Source: Acidobacteriota bacterium
Lineage (GTDB): Bacteria; Acidobacteriota; Terriglobia; Acidiferrales; 2-02-FULL-67-57
Direction: 5' to 3'
DNA: 64,000 bases
Assembly (NCBI GenBank): GCA_037442885.1
Contig: JBBIPK010000004.1
Span: 5,804 to 69,803, forward strand
Part shown: positions 61,660 to 64,000 of the stretch, piece by piece
Layout: the number at the start of each line of letters is the position of its first letter
How positions within the stretch are numbered: position 1 is the stretch's first letter
The notes under the pieces: model-generated
Databases searched by the model: none
Told to the model about the DNA's origin: nothing
Seen by the model: only the letters and a program-made list of their open reading frames with translations
Position numbers and translations under genes: made by a program

Positions 61660-61702
61660 AAAAACAAGAATGCGCGGGAACCTCCCCGGCTCCCGCGCAT
61701 TC
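61660..61702 (-). terminator. Rho-independent terminator
   Basis: 12-bp perfect stem GAATGCGCGGGA/TCCCGCGCATTC followed by TTGTTTTT on the minus strand. Confidence 0.75.
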
Positions 61703-61722
61703 AGTAATCGCTCAGAAGCTGG

Positions 61723-62211
61723 CTACTGGCCCCACTTGAAGACGACACCGCCGCCGACGCGGAAGGTGTCGGTGAACCACTCGCCCGAAAAGCGGGTGGG
61801 GATCCAGAGGACTTCAGCCCGGAATCCGACGCGGTCGGTGGCGTACGCATCCACGCCGCCGCCGAAGCCAAAGGCCAGGCCGCTTTCGGAGGCGCCATTG
61901 CCAATCGTGGCCCCGCCAACCATCCCGTGAACCCAGCCGGTGGCCCGTTCGCCGCGACCGGCGATACGGATGCCGCCCATGTAGGTATAGGCGTTGGCAC
62001 CGCTCTTGGTACCGTAGCCGAAATCACCGACGACGCCGATGTTCGTGTGGAAGTTCCCCGCGAAGTTGACAGCGAAGCCGCCCGGCACGTTGGTATCCGT
62101 AATCCGGTGGAAGGCGTAGCCAGCATAGAACTCGCCTTTCGGATAGTCTTGCGCCAGCGCCGGCATGGCGGCCAGCGCTACGAGCCCAACAAGCAACGTA
62201 AATTTCCTCAT
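61723..62211 (-). CDS. Small outer membrane beta-barrel protein
   Basis: Paralog: EFYAGYA, YMGGIRI, LAFGFGGGVD. Confidence 0.85.
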   Translation of the reverse strand: MRKFTLLVGLVALAAMPALAQDYPKGEFYAGYAFHRITDTNVPGGFAVNFAGNFHTNIGVVGDFGYGTKSGANAYTYMGGIRIAGRGERATGWVHGMVGGATIGNGASESGLAFGFGGGVDAYATDRVGFRAEVLWIPTRFSGEWFTDTFRVGGGVVFKWGQ

Positions 62212-62430
62212 GTGTTCTTCTAGTCTCCTCGTAACCCAGGTTACTTGCGCCCGTGTATATAGGGGGGAGGGGGCGGAAATGTCAAGAAAAATAAGCAGAA
62301 AGCCGCCACAAGTGCAGCCTGAATGGCGATTTGGCGGGGACGAGCGGAGGGCAGCGAGCAGGGGCTGGGCGAATGGCGGATGGGTGACGACGAATGACTG
62401 AGGACTGAAGGCTCGATGCTGGCCGCTCGA

Positions 62431-62949
62431 TCAGGGGCCGCCGGGTTTGATGACGAAGCCGACGCCGAGTCGCGACTGGTGGCCCCAGATGCCCGAGATC
62501 TTTGCGGGGACGTAGTCAATCTGGAAGAGGCGGAGGGCATACTGGTCGCCGAGGTTCCAGTCCAGGCCGCCGCCCAACCCCAGTGCCAGGCCGCTGGCGC
62601 TGCCGCCGCCGGCCGTGAGCTGCGCGAAGCCCACCAGCCCGTGGAGGAAGCCGGTGAAGCGCTCGCCGCGTGCGGCGATGCGCGGGCCGAAGAGATACTG
62701 GTACTCGGCCACGTCAAAGCGGCCGACGCCGGGCACGGTGATGCGCGCGTACTGGCCGCTGAAGTCGGCGGTGAAGCCGTAGCGGGACTTGAAGTTGAAG
62801 GTCAGATCGGACTGCCAGCCGAAAAAGTGGTCGCCTTGGGAGTTGAGCCAGGAGAAGCCGCTGAAGATTTCAAACGGCGGCTGCTCCTGCCCCTGCGCCG
62901 ACAGCGCGGCGAGAAAGAGCAGCGCGAGTGCGGCAGCGGTGTTCTTCAT
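62431..62949 (-). CDS. Small outer membrane beta-barrel protein
   Basis: Paralog: EIFSGFS, YLFGPRI, LALGLGGGLD. Confidence 0.85.
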   Translation of the reverse strand: MKNTAAALALLFLAALSAQGQEQPPFEIFSGFSWLNSQGDHFFGWQSDLTFNFKSRYGFTADFSGQYARITVPGVGRFDVAEYQYLFGPRIAARGERFTGFLHGLVGFAQLTAGGGSASGLALGLGGGLDWNLGDQYALRLFQIDYVPAKISGIWGHQSRLGVGFVIKPGGP

Positions 62950-63115
62950 TGTCGCCTCCGTGTTTCGCCCCAGCCCTGCGTGAGTACGGTATTAGGTAGG
63001 CGCGCCAGCGCCAAAAAGCAAGGAAAAATGCGGCAGGATGCGGCGACAGAGCGGCGCGACGCATCTATGGTAGGATCAGCGCCGTCAGGGCTTGGGCGGG
63101 CACAGGCGGGCCAGC

Positions 63116-64000
63116 ATGCTGATCAAGATTCCGAAAGGGTGGGAGATTCCCGAGCGGGAGGCGACGCCGGAGAGCGTCTATCGCACGCGCCGAGGCTTCC
63201 TCAAGCAACTGGCGGCTGCGGGCATCGTCGGCGCGGGTGCGGTCGCGGGGCTGAATCTGGGAATGAAGGCGCTCGCGCCGGAGGCGCCGTTTGACGCGAA
63301 GAAGTTCGCGCCGCTCAAGGCTGCGCGCAATCCGAAATTCGCCGCCGTCGAGCGCCCCATCACCGCCGAGAGCATCGTCGCGCGCTACAACAACTTCTAC
63401 GAATTCACCACCGACAAGGAAAAAGTCTGGACGCTCGCGGACAAGCTCGTGGTGCGGCCGTGGGAGATTGAAGTCAAGGGGCTGGTCGAGAAACCCGTCA
63501 GGATTGACGTGGACGCGCTCATCCGCCAGATGCCGCTCGAGGAGCGCGTCTATCGCCTGCGCTGCGTCGAGGCCTGGTCGGTGGTGGTGCCGTGGACGGG
63601 CTTTCCGATGGCGAAGTTCGTCGAGTGGGCGAAGCCGCTCGCCAAAGCGCGCTACGTGCGCATGGTCAGCTTCCTGCGGCCCGAGCAGGCCATCGGCCAG
63701 GCGACGCAGACCTGGTATCCCTGGCCCTACTTCGAAGGCCTGACGATGGAAGAAGCAACGAACGAGTTGACCATGCTCGTCGTCGGCAGCTACGGCCACC
63801 TGCTGCCGACGCAGAACGGCGCGCCCATTCGCCTCATCACACCCTGGAAGTACGGCTTCAAGAGCATCAAGTCCATCGTGCGCTTTGAATTCCTCGAGAA
63901 GCGCCCGGCGAATTTCTGGAACGTGGTCGCGCCCGCCGAGTACGACTTCTTCGCCAACGTCAACCCGAAGGTTCCCCACCCGCGCTGGTCGCAGGCCACC
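63116..64000 (+). CDS. msrP: Protein-methionine-sulfoxide reductase catalytic subunit (3' truncated by window)
   Basis: Hand translation: TPESVY.TRRGFLK Tat motif, YNNFYEF, YRLRCVEAWS, QNGAPIRL..PWKYGFKSIKSI; not listed in the ORF track because it runs off the end. Confidence 0.95.
   Translation, partial: MLIKIPKGWEIPEREATPESVYRTRRGFLKQLAAAGIVGAGAVAGLNLGMKALAPEAPFDAKKFAPLKAARNPKFAAVERPITAESIVARYNNFYEFTTDKEKVWTLADKLVVRPWEIEVKGLVEKPVRIDVDALIRQMPLEERVYRLRCVEAWSVVVPWTGFPMAKFVEWAKPLAKARYVRMVSFLRPEQAIGQATQTWYPWPYFEGLTMEEATNELTMLVVGSYGHLLPTQNGAPIRLITPWKYGFKSIKSIVRFEFLEKRPANFWNVVAPAEYDFFANVNPKVPHPRWSQAT

Noticed and set aside
63065-63979. 304-aa minus-strand ORF and plus-strand fragments
   Set aside because: Shadows of msrP, which is open from 63116 to the window end.

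Overview
High-GC bacterial chromosomal segment, most likely Acidobacteriota/Terriglobia (inferred from gene content and palindromic repeat families). It is mostly housekeeping and envelope genes: etfBA, htrA, coaE, folD, heptose genes, an ABC efflux operon with TetR, ddl, arginase, asnS, ggt, split MetE, mqnD, bioY, a B12 radical SAM enzyme, rpmE, double-domain thyX, prfA-prmC, dinB, cca, lon, a diheme peroxidase and msrP. I found no tRNA, rRNA, CRISPR array, transposase or prophage. The strongest unexplained signal is the prfA (RF1) leader. A leaderless 11-codon uORF ends in UAG (read only by RF1), its 3' end is complementary to the prfA Shine-Dalgarno, and its in-frame read-through ends at a UGA next to the prfA start. 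This looks like an RF1-sensing translational autoregulator. Other notable signals are a Cys-rich secreted gene with an in-frame TGA under a poly-G-spaced promoter, a decaying tandem duplication of a Cys-rich protein plus beta-barrel cassette, heptamer repeat arrays that have entered prmC in frame, an archaeal-type split MetE, and a probable CTG-initiated cobalamin radical SAM gene. All calls come from motif recognition by eye; no searches were run.
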